Source: Carcharhinus longimanus
Taxonomy: Eukaryota
Assembly (NCBI GenBank): GCA_030264375.1
Contig: JASCQW010000133.1
Location: forward strand, 5,062,671-5,126,670
Direction: 5' to 3'
Length of the DNA stretch: 64,000 nucleotides
The notes beneath the pieces were generated by a model. The model made no database searches. It saw only the letters and a list, made by a program, of their open reading frames with translations, and was not told where the DNA came from. Shown here piece by piece: positions 11,823-24,394 of the stretch; the stretch's first letter is position 1, and each line of letters opens with the position of its first letter. A program made the translations under genes and the position numbers.

Positions 11823-12172
11823 TTATTATTTAAAAGGCAAAAAGCTGCAGCATGCTACGGTGCAGAGGGACCTAGGGGTCCTTGTGCATGAGTCACAAAA
11901 ACCCAGTCTGCAGGTGCAGCAGGTGATCAAGAAGGTGAATGGGATGCTGGCNNNNNNNNNNNNNNNNNNNNNNNNNNNNNNNNNNNNNNNNNNNNNNNNN
12001 NNNNNNNNNNNNNNNNNNNNNNNNNNNNNNNNNNNNNNNNNNNNNNNNNNNGGGAGAAAGCGGGAAAGTGGAACTGATCCACTTCAGGTCAGCCATGATC
12101 TTATTGAATGGCGGGGCAGGCTCGAAGGACTAGGTGGCCTACTCCTGCTCCTATTTCTTATGTTCTTATGTT
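11823..12172 (+). mobile_element. Young CR1/HER1 LINE 3' end
   Basis: QRDLGVLVHESQK; 3' UTR GGCCTACTCCTGCTCCTA and (TTCTTATG)n tail. Confidence 0.85.
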
Positions 12173-12234
12173 CGAGTCTTCAAACAGAAAGCTTTCACGT
12201 TGTCACTGGCAAGTAAGTTTTAAATTTAAGTTTT

Positions 12235-12485
12235 TAGTTTGTTTATTAGTGTCACAGGTAAGCTTACATTAAAACTGCATTGGAGTTATTGTGAAAATCC
12301 CCTTGTTGCCACACCTAGGGTACACTGAGAGAGTATTTAGCATGGCCAATCTTTTGGACTGTGGGAGGAAACTGGAGTACCAGGAGGAAACCCATGCAGA
12401 CAGGGATAGAATGTGCAAACTCCATACAGGCAGTGGCCCAAGCTGGGAATCAAACCTGAGGCAGCAGTGCTAACCACTGTGCTAC
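12235..12485 (-). mobile_element. V-SINE with alternative (non-CR1) tail
   Basis: Same head/core as 5743; tail reverse of GTGGC..AGGGGATTTTCACA...TAATGTAAGC. Confidence 0.75.
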
Positions 12486-13258
12486 ATGTTTACTGTTAAC
12501 CAATAAAAAGTTCTTCAAGGGATGCAGGCGCTAATTATTAGCCATGTTTTGACCACACTCAGCAATGTTAATTTGAAAACCTATCTGGAAGCTCTCACTT
12601 GGAGCAATCCTATAAACTTTACTACAGGCTGGCCATTTCTTTTAATGAAATATTGTATTCCTGGTAGTTTGTTGGGAGTATAGTGGAGTGACCTCACATT
12701 TTATCTCTCATGGTGGGTGGAGTTATAAAGTAATGTTTGCTTTCTATTTTTAATATCTCAGTTTGGAGTTAAAGTGAGGTTGCATCCCTTGTCTATTCTG
12801 AAACTCCACTTCCCTCTCACTGGAAGAATTAATGACATAGATCATTTCCTCTCGACAGTTCTCATTTCTCTAATGGAAACACCATATGCAGACTGTGCAT
12901 GTCTTCTGGCCACACATTGTCCTGCTTGGAAAGATAGTGCTGTTAATTGCTATAATTATTCCCCAATGTGTACAAATGCACAAATTGTTTATTTAGCTCT
13001 TCATGTAAAAAATAAACTGCTGGACTTTGGGAGGAGATTTGATTTGTGTTCTTGAAGGGAAGCTTTATGAAACTGGTATAAATTGCACAAAGGAAAAGTA
13101 TAAAGGGCATTGCTTGTGTGGCGTCTCTTGTTGGGGATGTGCCTTACTGTTTGTTGTGTGTACTGTGCTCTCCATTGAATAATAAGTCCCCATAAGATGA
13201 GAAAGTTACCATTTCTCAGTATAGAGTGACCAATGCTTTCGTTACTATGTTTTTTCAG

Positions 13259-13415
13259 ATTTCAGACCAAGTACTTCCAGGGCAAATACGGGAATTTGGA
13301 CAGTTCCCTCATCTCATTTGGACCCTGTCAGACACCCACTCTTGGCTTCTGTGTCGAGCGGCATGACAAGATCCAGTCTTTCAAGCCTGAGGCTTACTGG
13401 GTCCTGCAGGCAAAG
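13259..13415 (+). CDS. TOP3B: TOP3B coding exon 6 ([11 protein letters not shown]...[12 protein letters not shown]...YWVLQAK)
   Basis: GxCQTPTLG motif; CAG|...|GTTTGT; 157 nt. Confidence 0.97.
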
Positions 13416-13591
13416 GTTTGTGTTGAAATACCATGAAGTCTGAATAATCCTGGTGCATTCAAGGAACAGTTAGCTGAAGTTAATTTTGCAATTTGAGAAT
13501 AAACATGTTTGCAGAGCTCCAAGAAGCCAAGATGTTTTTTCATTCATTCTGGGAAATGAGTTTTTGTGTGTGTGGCATATCGTTGATTATA

Positions 13592-13898
13592 GCACAGTAG
13601 CATAGTGGTTAGCGCTGCTGCCTCACAGCACCAGGACAAGCGTTCAATTCCAGTCTTGGGTGACTGTATGAGTGGAGTCTGCACGTTCTCCCTTAAACTG
13701 TGTGGGTTTTCCTCGGGTACTCTGGTTTCCTCCCATACTCCAAAGATGTGCAGGTTAGGTTGTGTATGGCCATGGTAAATTGAACCTTAGTGTCAGGGGG
13801 ATTAGTGGGGTTACAGGAACAGGCCCTGGGCGGGATTGTTGTCGATGCAGGCTCAGTGGGCCAAATGGCCTTCCTTCTGCACTGTAGATTCTATGATT
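13592..13898 (+). mobile_element. Near full-length V-SINE (HE1-like)
   Basis: A-box TAGCATAGTGG, B-box GTTCAATTCC, V core, CR1-type tail GGCCAAATGGCC...TTCTATGATT. Confidence 0.85.
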
Positions 13899-13952
13899 AT
13901 CTTTTGATATGCTAACAGAATAGGTGGGTTTTATCTTCAGCAATTTACTAGT

Positions 13953-14207
13953 CACATAGAACATAGAACATTACAGCGCAGAACAGGCCCTTCGGCCCAC
14001 GATGTTGCGCCGACCAGTTACAAAAACANNNNNNNNNNNNNNNNNNNNNNNNNNNNNNNNNNNNNNNNNNNNNNNNNNNNNNNNNNNNNNNNNNNNNNNN
14101 NNNNNNNNNNNNNNNNNNNNNNNNNNNNAACAACCTTATCAACTTGATTCCCAACTTTCAGGGATCTATGTACACACACACCTAGATCCCTCTGTTCATC
14201 CACACAG
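13953..14207 (-). mobile_element. CR1 3' fragment with gap
   Basis: (CATAGAA)n tail; ORF 14018-14224(-) EQRDLGVCVHRSLKV. Confidence 0.75.
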
Positions 14208-14475
14208 TCACAGTGCTGACCCACAGAATTATCATCTTTAAAAGTTAAGAGCTAGCAAGAGCCTAGATGTGACACATTGGATTCAGCCTGCTTTCATACC
14301 TTTTGTGAGGTATTCTTTTACTGACTACTCGGTGCAGTGTATTGGAGTGCATTGATTTCACTGGCCACGATGTGCAAAAGATCAGAGCACTATCCTTCCA
14401 TTGGTGTTGCATATTGGAGCAACCTTGTTGTATTAGACAAAAGTAAGTTAATGCGAATGCTAAAGTTTGAAACAG

Positions 14476-14599
14476 AAGCAAAAAATGCTAGAAAATCTCA
14501 ACCGATCTGACTCAAGTCATCCAGATTTGAAATGTTAGCTCTTTCTCTCTCTCCACAGATGCTGTCAGATCTGCTGAGATTTTTCAGCATTTTCTGCTT
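14476..14599. mobile_element. Short fold-back element (second Penelope-like family) with about 36-bp inverted arms
   Basis: AAGCAAAAAATGCTAGAAAATCTCAACCGATCTGAC pairs with GTCAGATCTGCTGAGATTTTTCAGCATTTTCTGCTT. Confidence 0.65.
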
Positions 14600-15399
14600 T
14601 TCATTCTACTAGCTGTTGGGTGCAGCATCAAAATATTGTTCTGTTACTGGGCACAGTGCCTTGAAGCACCCTTCTCTGTGGTGATAGTATTATTGGAACA
14701 CCATCCTCCTCCTAGCGAATTGGTGAGGAATTTTAAAACTGATTAATAGCTGGTGGGCATGTGATGTTGCAGCAAATTAGCTTTCACTGTTAGGAACTGG
14801 ACTGAAAACAAAACCATTGTTTTTGATTTCCTTTTCCCTTGCATGTACCTGATTGACAGATTGATTGAGGGGGGCATAGAGCTAGTTAAGAAACTAATGA
14901 ATGTGCAACACAACTAAGTGGGACTGAGAACTGTACGAATCCAAGAGTTGGGTGCAAGATGGAGTGAGCCAGCTTTTAATCATAACTATACTGAACCTTG
15001 GTAGTTCAGGATTAAAATTAGTGTCTATTGATGGTCTTATCAATTGGTATTTCATTCCAGATGTGACATTTAGTGGGGTGGGGGATAGGCAAGTCACTAT
15101 TTTCTTAAACTGCTAGCCACAAGTGAAGAGCAACACTGTTTTATTACAGTACAAAACTGGAAAGGGTTAATAAAGAAGTGGGACTATTCAGGAAACAGCG
15201 ACTAACTGACGCCAAGCAATAGTTTTAAAACCCCGATTTTGTCTGAAGCAGTATTGAGGGGAGATGGATGTTCATATTTTGGAGGGCTTCGACAAGCTGA
15301 AATTTGATTAGGACAGAGCGATTGATCTTGAATTAAACACTATGTAGATGTAGGGTGAAGGGAGAGTGCATTGGACAGAGTTTTAATGCAGAGTCATTT

Positions 15400-15895
15400 A
15401 TGGCATAAGGTTGCCATTCTAGTCTATGCCGTCTCTCTGTGGAGCAATCCAGTCAGTTCCCCGCTCTATCCCTGTAGACCTGCAAGTTTACTTATTTTAA
15501 ATGCTCATCCAATTTCTCTTTGAAACCATTGGTCATCTCACCATCTTCGTGGGCAGCAAGTCCCGGGTCACTGCCACTCACTGTGTTAAAAATGTTCTTC
15601 CTTAAATTCCCCTGCATCTCTTGTCCAAAACCCTCATTATATCTCTCCTTAACCTTGTGCCATTAGCTAATGGGAACAGTTTTTCCGTGACTAACTTATT
15701 CCAAACTGTCTTAATTCTGTACACCTTTGTCAAATCTCTCCTTAGTTTGCTTTGTTCCAAGAAGAATAATCCAGTCTAACATCCCCCATCCCTGGAACCA
15801 TTCTGGTAAATTACCGCTCACAGCCCTTGCATTCCCCTTGAAATGTAATGACCAGACTTGAACACAGTACCTTGTTGTGACCTAATCAGAGCTTT
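15400..15895 (-). mobile_element. Decayed CR1-like 3' fragment
   Basis: Reverse CR1 3' motifs (CCATTCTGGTAAAT, GACCAGACTTGAACACAGTAC). Confidence 0.5.
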
Positions 15896-16474
15896 AAGGA
15901 AAAGCATATTTTATTTGTTTGTGATCCTAAAGCATTTCACCATTTTCTAATCATATATATAGCACACACTTTTTCTGTTACTGTGCTTGGTGTGATAGAC
16001 TCAGTGAATATGAAAAGAATTGTGAATAAAATTAAACTATAGAATCATCAAAGATTCCTCACTCATTCCCACCAGCTGTGCAATTCTTTAGGAACTCTAT
16101 ACTGCAGATTTACACTAATTCACCATCTTGCTACTACCAGCTTGCTCCTACTTTGCTAAGAGGCTTTCTCGGTTCTCAGGCTTTTCTGTTAACCAATTGG
16201 CATCAGATTGTCCAGAATTATTTGAGAAGAAAATGTCCATATTTTAACCTGTTCTGTACTGACCTTTGCACCAACTGACCCCTTCTTGGGCCACTGTTGA
16301 TGCTTGGAGATTTTCACAGTAACGCCATTGCAGTGTTAATGTTAGCCTACTTGTGACACTAACAAATAAACTTTAAAATGTTATCATTGTAATCCCTGTC
16401 ACAGTATTGAAAATAATGAGTTTCTAGAGGATGAATAGATCTACAGCTTCTTCCCTGCTGCCATCAGACTTGTG

Positions 16475-16640
16475 AATTGGATCATTCTCTACACCCTAGC
16501 TATGATTGTAACACTACGTTCTGCACCCTCTCCTTTCCTTCTCTCCTGTGTACTCTATGAATGGCATGTTTTGTCTGTGTTAAGAAACAACACTTTTCAC
16601 TGTATACCCATACATGTGAGATCAATAAATCAAACCAAAT
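16475..16640 (+). mobile_element. Rex1-type 3' tail fragment
   Basis: ACACCCTAGCTATGATTGTAACACTACGTTCTGCACCCTC, also at 26330-26400 and 63960-64000. Confidence 0.65.
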
Positions 16641-16693
16641 TTTCAAGGTGCAAAAGAACAATATGATGATTGTTCTCAATCTGTTCTCACCAG

Positions 16694-16807
16694 ATCAGTA
16701 ATTGTGCTGGGGATTCCATGGTTCTGGACTGGGATAGAGTTAGAGTATTTGACCGGGAAGTTGCACAGATGTATCTGAATATGACAAAATCCGCAACAGA
16801 AACAAAG
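16694..16807 (+). CDS. TOP3B: TOP3B coding exon 7 (ISNCAGDSMVLDWDRVRVFDREVAQMYLNMTKSATETK)
   Basis: LDWDRVRVFDRE matches vertebrate TOP3B; CAG|...|GTAAGC; 114 nt. Confidence 0.95.
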
Positions 16808-17756
16808 GTAAGCAAGTGTGAGAGTATAGATCTTTCGTCACTCTGAATCTCTTGGGGAGGTGTGGGAGGGAAGGGGTGGGCAAGGGGGACTAAGAGCATA
16901 TGGATACTGACGCATGGTAAGACAGTGGTCAGGTTATCGGGAAATTAGAAACTGCTATCAATAAAAGTTACCATGAAGCAGATGACTTGTTGTAAAAACC
17001 CAACAGTTTCACTTAAAGCCCTTTTGAGAAAGCAGTCTGCCAACCTAATCTGCTCTGATTTATATGTGATTCCAGCCTTCTTACTGAGTCGTAGCTGCCT
17101 TCTGAAGTGCCCTAAAAAACCATTCAGTTACACCAAAACTGCTACAATTATTGCTATGCTTAAAGAGCAAGACACGCCACACTCAGCAGCTAAGGATAAC
17201 CCATAAATGCTCACCATGCCAGTGATACACACATCCTGAGAATGAAAAATAGCTCAATGTGCAGAAAGAAAATTATTTCCTACGTGCACATTTGGGTAAT
17301 CACCAGAGCAGGAAGAGAAAATGCAGTCTAAACGCACAGAGTGGAATCTGTAATCTCTGGAGCGAGCAAGATGTGGGGGGGTGGGGTGAAAGAGGAAATT
17401 GGAAAGCTGTAGATGGGAGGGGAAAAAAGAGGATTTCAGTTCCAAGCTAAAAAATCATGGGCATTAAATTCTACAACTTGCCTTTGTACCAACTGAAAGA
17501 CCAGAGTTTAAATGTAGAGCCTGAAAGAACCATTGCACAAATAGCAAGGCCTCCAGGACTATACTTCAAGATTACCCTAAACAAGGCAGATTATTCTCCA
17601 TGCTCAACTCCTGGACTTCTATTTCACATACATGAATGTCATCTCCTGTAACATATGATGACTTACGAAAGAAAACTGCTAACTGAAGACCTGGGCTCTT
17701 TTTCTTAACTGTAGAAGTATCTTGTGGTTGAATTTGTATGTTAATTTTTGTTGCAG

Positions 17757-17847
17757 GTAGAATCTGTGAGTAAAAAAGAGAAGGTGAAACAGCGACCGCA
17801 GGCGCTAAACACTGTGGAGATGTTGCGTGTAGCCAGCTCTGCCCTAG
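17757..17847 (+). CDS. TOP3B: TOP3B coding exon 8 (VESVSKKEKVKQRPQALNTVEMLRVASSAL)
   Basis: PxALNTVE motif; TGCAG|...G|GTATGC; 91 nt. Confidence 0.96.
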
Positions 17848-19320
17848 GTATGCTGCGTATTACATGCATCTCTAATCATTACTGGGGATAAATTTGATTT
17901 CTTAGCTATGAGAAGGGTCTGGATGTTATAAAATGAATATGTAGTATGTATTTTTACTTTTATCTTTTTATCTGATTTGTCAAGGTGATGTTTTAGTGTT
18001 GGGGTATGGTACATTATCCATTTAGAGCAGCAGTGTCAGATGGAAGACTCCCAGATCAACTTACTGACTTCTGAACAGCGAGCCTTTCTGTATTAGCATG
18101 ACATTTTACCATGTTCTCACTGAGTGAGAACTTTACCCACTGAACAATGAGTTATGTGCTTTGGGTCTATGCCTACTTAGGTTGAGACTGCCTAAACTTG
18201 TTTCAGAGAGGACCTTGACGGTCAGCAGATAGGGGCACAGCAGACAAGTGATTTAACATATACTGTGACACAATAAGTGGATTATGGTTCATAATTCATA
18301 TGGCGAATTTTGACGCTGGTTGCAAACTACTTGACTGGTTTTTGGGCACAAACTGTATGCGTGTGTTCATTGTTGCCACTGTGCGGCTGTATTGCCGTGG
18401 CAGTATGATATTGGGGACTGAGATGTTACTAGTTTCAGTAATTATGCAAGTAAATAAAACAAAAATTTCTGAAAGTCCTCGCAAATTCAATGCAAGTTCC
18501 AGGACGTCTGTGTATTTCTGCAAGCTACAGGTAATTCTGTTCTGACCAGCTGCTTTCCATTGAAAATAGACAGGATTTTTCAATGAATTTGCATCTATTT
18601 TTGGGACATTGTGTGAATGGTGGTAGGAAATGTGGCAGGGAGGCTTCTGTCATGGCTGGGATTTTCCACAGAAAGTGACATGACTATTGAAATCGAGGTG
18701 AGCATCTTGAATTGGTGGGGGTGTGTCCTCAGACATCTTTCCCATTGTTATCCTTGGTCATCTGAGTGTCAGAAGTGCCATTGATTGACTAAGACGATCT
18801 GTTAAGTCAGTTTACCTGTAATTCCTTCGTATTTTTTGTTTATGTTTATTAATTTCCCCCCACCCACCATAGTTGCCTCTTATTTCCAGTTCTGCAAAAG
18901 GGTTATCACTTGACTGTGAACCTCTTTGTCCTCTCCATAGATGCTGACTATTTTCAGCACTATGTTTTGTTTCAGATTTTACTGCTGCTGTTAAGTGATG
19001 GTAAATAAAGTAGCAGGGTGGAGCTACACCATTAACTAACTGGTACCAAGTTCACTGCATTTCAGATTGTAGAAGGCAAAAATAATTTCTCAAAAAAAAG
19101 GTTTTCTGTGACAATATCACATTTTTGTTTGCTAGATTGTAAAATGGCAACCTCTATTCTTACTCCACCTTCTCAAACACAAGAATTAATACCTAGAATT
19201 ATTTTTTCAAAAATTGCCTCAAGACACCACAGTTATGCAAAGTGAATAAAGTGATTAATTGCTTCTGCCTCTCAAGGATATACACTGATGGTTGACTTTC
19301 TGCTTAATTTGTTTGAACAG

Positions 19321-19475
19321 GGATGGGCCCACAGCATGCCATGCAAATAGCTGAGAAGCTGTACACCCAGGGCTACATCAGCTACCCTCGAACAGAGACC
19401 ACCCAATATCCAGAAAACTTTGACCTCAAGGGAACCCTCCGACAGCAAGCAAACAACCCCTACTGGAGTGAAATG
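19321..19475 (+). CDS. TOP3B: TOP3B coding exon 9 with catalytic tyrosine (GYISYPRTET; TAC 19383-19385, codon 336)
   Basis: Type IA active-site motif; summed exon lengths put the Tyr at residue 336 as in human TOP3B; 155 nt; donor |GTTGGT. Confidence 0.97.
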
Positions 19476-19900
19476 GTTGGTAAATGAGTGGTCTTTGATT
19501 GAAGGATGTAGGAGTTGCTTCCCTTTTTGTTATACTAATTTCCAGCTGGGGTATTGATGGCACTGATTTTTTCAGTACTGTTACTTGTTGCTTTGACAAT
19601 ATAGTTTTTAATATAAAAAGAGGTGTTCAGTCTCAAATTGTTCAGGAAGACGTAGAGGAGCAGAATAATTCAAGATTGCGAACTGGGAGAGGTCCTATGT
19701 GTCAAGGTTATGGAACTGGAGGGGTGTCATGTGTTTGTGACTCACCAGCCAAAATTAAATTAAGGCCTCAATGAAGGAGAACTCTTCACTGATGGAATGG
19801 ACGATCGCCTAGTTCACTCCACCAGTTTGTCCCCCAAAAGTGCAAATAGCTATTTGTTTATTCACTACTCCCTTGACCAATGGGAGCAGCGAATAAACAA

Positions 19901-20158
19901 TGGCACAGTGGTTAGCACTGCTGCTTCTCAGCACCAGGGATCAAGGTTTGATTTCCAGCTTGGGTCACTGTCTGTGCGGAGTCTGCATGTTCTTCTTGTG
20001 ACCCTGTGGGTTTCCTCCCGCAGTCCGAAAGATGTGCTGGTTAGGTGCATTGCCACGTTAAATTCTCCCTCAGTGTACCAAACAGGCACTGGAGTGTGGA
20101 GACTAAGGGATTTTCAGTGTTAATGTAAGCCTATCTGTAACTAATAATATACTTTAAC
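19901..20158 (+). mobile_element. V-SINE with alternative tail
   Basis: TGGCACAGTGGTTAGCACTGCTG head; GACTAAGGGATTTTCAGTGTTAATGTAAGCCTA tail. Confidence 0.75.
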
Positions 20159-20348
20159 TTTTCTTTCTCCCTCTACACTCTTTGCTAGTTCACCATGACA
20201 GCCACACATCAACTTGTAGTCAGCTGTGCCATTTGTTCTCTAAATTAGAATTTTTTTACTTTGTCAAACAAAATTGGCTGGGGAATAATTATGGAAGGAG
20301 GAGGAATATTTTATCTGGCAATGATGTTGGGATAATTTTTTTTTATAG

Positions 20349-20454
20349 GTAAAGACACTGTTGGCTGAAGGCATCAATCGTCCTCGGAAGGGTCAGGATG
20401 TTGGTGACCATCCTCCCATCACCCCGATGAGGTCTGCCACAGAAACTGAATTAG
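20349..20454 (+). CDS. TOP3B: TOP3B coding exon 10 (VKTLLAEGINRPRKGQDVGDHPPITPMRSATETEL)
   Basis: DHPPITP motif; TAG|...G|GTACAA; 106 nt. Confidence 0.96.
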
Positions 20455-21214
20455 GTACAAGTTTATTGGCTTTATCCTCAGCAGAGTTATCCACACTATA
20501 AGTCTTGGATGGCCCTCAGAGCCCTGACAATTTCGGTGCTCATTCATGAAATTTTTATGGATCGATCTTATTCACAATATTCTCTGAGATTAATTTCATG
20601 GACCTGCAGGTTTGGAAAGAATTTCTCTTAATGCTGTTGCCTCATTGGTGGATAAATCCTCATTTGGAGCACTGGGTTGAAAATAATTAATCAAAACATG
20701 AGGATCTGTGGTTTTTGGCTAAGTGACTCACAATTTTAAAAAAGCATGGGCACTCCTAGATGAAGTTAATGATCTGAGTTGCTGTTCTCCTGGAAATGAC
20801 ATACCAAGTTATACTTTTTTTTCAGAATTTGGTTAGAAGTAGTACTATTAGAACTGCTATATCCCTGTGTGTAACTGAAGGCCTTTTGCAGTCTGTTATG
20901 GATATAAAGTCATCAAAATGATCCTCTTTCTTTCCCAACCCTTCCCCAACATACACAATGAGCAGTCCTATTTTGTTGACATCTCAGAAGTCTGACACAT
21001 TGAAGCGTGCTTGGTTCCTTGCTGTCAGTATCTTGTTCTGCATCAGCTATTGCAAAATCATGACAGTCAGATAGCAACAGGAAATGCAAATAGGTATGAC
21101 TGAAAAATCAGCCTAGTTAGCTGGTCTCAGCTCGAGTGATGGTAGCCTCTAACAGTGGTCAAGTTTGGAGGAGAAATTTGCGGCATTTCCTCATCCTGAT
21201 TTGTCTGTTTATCT

Positions 21215-21615
21215 GTTGATTCTTTCATGGGGTGTTGGCAAGGCTGGCATTTGTTCTTGCAGAAGGGCCTCCTTCCGTACTGATGGGATTTTATGATTCC
21301 TTATCCCTAACAGCCTGTGTGGCTGACTTAGGTCATTTCAGAGGGCAGTTAAGAGTCAACCATATGTGGACCTAGAGTCACATGTAGAGCAGCTAAGGAA
21401 GACCAATTTCCTTTCCTAAAGCATAGTAGTGAACCAGATGGTTTTTACAATGATCAATGATATTTTATGGACAATTGCTTAATATTCCAGATTTATAAAT
21501 TGAATTTGAATTCCACTAGCTGCTATATTGGCATTTTAACCCTTATCCCCAGAACATTAGCCTGGGCTCCTGAATGACTGGTCTAGTGACATTTCCACTA
21601 CTCCACTGTCTCCCT
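21215..21615 (-). mobile_element. Third tRNA-like SINE family (other copies 45495-45848 -, 49357-49558 +, 16985-17250 +)
   Basis: Shared segments TTAAGAGTCAACCA, GTGAACCAGATGG...TTTACAA, GAATTCAAATT; A/B-box-like head at the right end. Confidence 0.6.
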
Positions 21616-22854
21616 AATAGTTCCTGGGGTCACCCTGTTGGAAATAGGGTGAAATGTGTGTTGATAAGGTCAAAATCTTCCAAACTGTGGGAAGAAAATG
21701 GAAGAAGTAATCTTCAATCAGATTAGCAAGATGAGTGGGTATAGCAAAATTACTTTCTGGGAGATATTGATTATCCTCTTAATCGACTAAGGCTGAGAGC
21801 AAGCAAGTGGAATCCTGTAAATATGTACAAAACTCCTTTTTCCAGCAGAATGCTACATGTCTATAAAGTAGGGGAAATTGATTGATCTTGTCATGATTAA
21901 TGAAATGAATTAAGTAGATGAGCTAAATATGAGTGAGCACCTTGGGATTGTTAATCACAATATAGGGTTTGAAATTCAACTAAAAATGGAAAAGTTAGTA
22001 TGAAAACTAGAAACCAGTTTGGATTAGGGCTGACATGAGAAAAATAAGGAGTGAGCTAGCTGAGGTAAAATGGAAGAAGATATTGGCAGAATGTAACCCT
22101 TAAGGAGGTTAAAATGTACAAAATAAAAATATTCCAGTAAAAAAAAAAGTAAGGAAGTGTTGGTAGCTTTAGCATGTCTTAGATAAATAAGATGGTTTTA
22201 AAAAAATTGATATCTGCTGAGGCACTAAATTTACAAGCGCTGGCAAGTACAAAGGTGGAGATGCAGTCACAAGAAAATGCTGTGTGTGGATGATGGGAAA
22301 AGAGGTGTCCAAGACTTTTGTCCTGCTTCTCCCGGTTCCCATAGATTCCGATTGCTAAATAAAGCATCATTCTTAACCAGGCCTCTTCGGCCTACTCTGC
22401 TGCACCTTGCCAGAATTACTCCCAAGTCGTGTTAAAAATCACAACACAGCACTAATGGAACTTAGGAATACAGGTTTACAGCAACTTAAAGGTAGACTTT
22501 ATATTAATAGGGCCATGTTTAAAAAAAAGTTGTATCCTTTATCTCTTGCGTAGAATTGTAAAAGGTAATGATGAGCCTTTACAAGACCTCAGTTATTGTG
22601 TTGTACACAATGTTGGCTCCATATTTGGAAAGGATATTGAGACATTAGAAATAAATGCAATTTTATTAGGATGTTGCCTTCCACAAGAAATACAAATATG
22701 AAGCAAGACTTGAAGGATAACGTTGGCTGGAAGTTTGCTTTTATTCATTTATGGGATGTGAATGGTATTGGCAAGACGAGCATTCCTTGCCCATTCCTAA
22801 ATGTCCCTGAGCAGAGAGAGGTGAACTACAACTTTGAACTGCTGCAATCTTTTA

Positions 22855-23029
22855 AGAACATAAGAAATAGGAGCAGGAGTAGGCCATCCAGCCCCTCGAG
22901 CCTGCCCTGCCATTCAATAAGATCATGGCNNNNNNNNNNNNNNNNNNNNNNNNNNNNNNNNNNNNNNNNNNNNNNNNNNNNNNNNNNNNNNNNNNNNNNN
23001 NNNNNNNNNNNNNNNNNNNNNNNNNNNNN
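22855..23029 (-). mobile_element. Young CR1/HER1 3' end inserted into an older repeat
   Basis: AAGAACATAAGAAATAGGAGCAGGAGTAGGCC is the reverse of the 12140-12170 tail. Confidence 0.75.
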
Positions 23030-23908
23030 CTTATTTTAAACAGGTTTTTAACAGGTAAAAATCTTAGCTCTCTCTCTGCTCCTTCACTCGTCTGCTTCAG
23101 CAAACAATGGAAGGCTTTTGGTACAGTGCTGTTACTCGGGATCTTGACCCAGCGACTGAAGGAGTTGCAATGTATCTCCAAGTCAGATGACCATCATTGT
23201 GCACCTGTTTGTGCATATGCTCCTGTGGCCCTTGTTCTACCAGGGAGTAGAGGTCCTGTGTTTGGAAGGTGCTGCCGAAATAGCCATTGTGAATATGATA
23301 GCATTGACAACATTAGGCTGTTGTTTGACTGATCAGTGGAACAGCTCTCCATGGTGACTTGATCCCCTTTTGAAATTTATTCTCTCAGCTTTTTGATGAA
23401 GGTTGGTTTCCTTCCCATTGGTGAAGTAAAACCCCCAGTATCGTATCTACCCAGCATTATGTACTATCCCTCAGCAATGGGTTTTAAATGTTATTTAAAT
23501 GTTTATTTAACAGGAGGTTGCTGACGGATGCTGATTGTTCATGTACGTACCTCTCTCTTTTGGTTTCATTTCACAACAGTTCCAGCTGTGTGTCATCATT
23601 CAACAGCTACTAGATGCTGCGAAATGGTTAACAAAAGAAACAATGCCACGTAGTCCTTTTTTTTAAGAACTGAATTGACTTCCAAAGCAATGGGAATTTA
23701 ATGAGCCCAATTCTACATAATGGAATTATAGAATGCGATCTCTAAAATATCAGTGATAATGAAGTAGATATGAAATTTTACTTAGTCAGTTGTAGCTTAT
23801 TATTCACTAACATAAATATGATTTAATGTCATTCTCAATTTTTCCTTTTCAAAATTTATTAGTAATTTGAAGCTAAAGTTTAAATGTCGAATACCTTTCT
23901 CTTAACTA

Positions 23909-24257
23909 GGCAGCACAGTGGCTCGCACTGCTGCCTCAGTGTCACCGGGCCGGGGTTCAGTTGCAGCCTTGGGTCACGGTCTGTGTGGAGTTTGCGCATT
24001 CTCCTTGTGTCTGCTTGGGTTTCCTCTGAGTGCTCCGGTTTCCTCCCGGGTTCCAAAGATGTGCAGGTTAGGTGGATTGGCCATGGTAAATTGCCCTTTA
24101 GTGTCCCAAGATGTATAGGTTAGGAGTTTAGTGGGGTAAATATGTGGGGTTAGAGGGATAGGGCCTAGGTAAGATGCTTTGACGGAGAGTAGGTGCAGAC
24201 TAGATGGGCCGAATGGTATCCTCCTACACTGTAGGGGTTCTATTCTATGATTCTATT
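23909..24257 (+). mobile_element. Full-length V-SINE (HE1-like) just upstream of exon 11
   Basis: GGCAGCACAGTGG head, V core, CR1-type TTCTATGATTCTAT tail. Confidence 0.85.
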
Positions 24258-24394
24258 ATGCATGTACTAGATGTGCTACGTGATTTGGCTGATATATTGG
24301 GCAGAGCTGAATGATCTTTATTCTGTATTCCTGTTCATTGGATTCTCATTTTTCTCTAACCTGGTGTTTTGTTGTCATTGTTTCACTGTTTCAG

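Noticed and set aside
13592-13670. tRNA gene
   Set aside because: A/B boxes belong to a SINE head followed by V core and LINE tail; no acceptor stem or full cloverleaf. Same for the other copies
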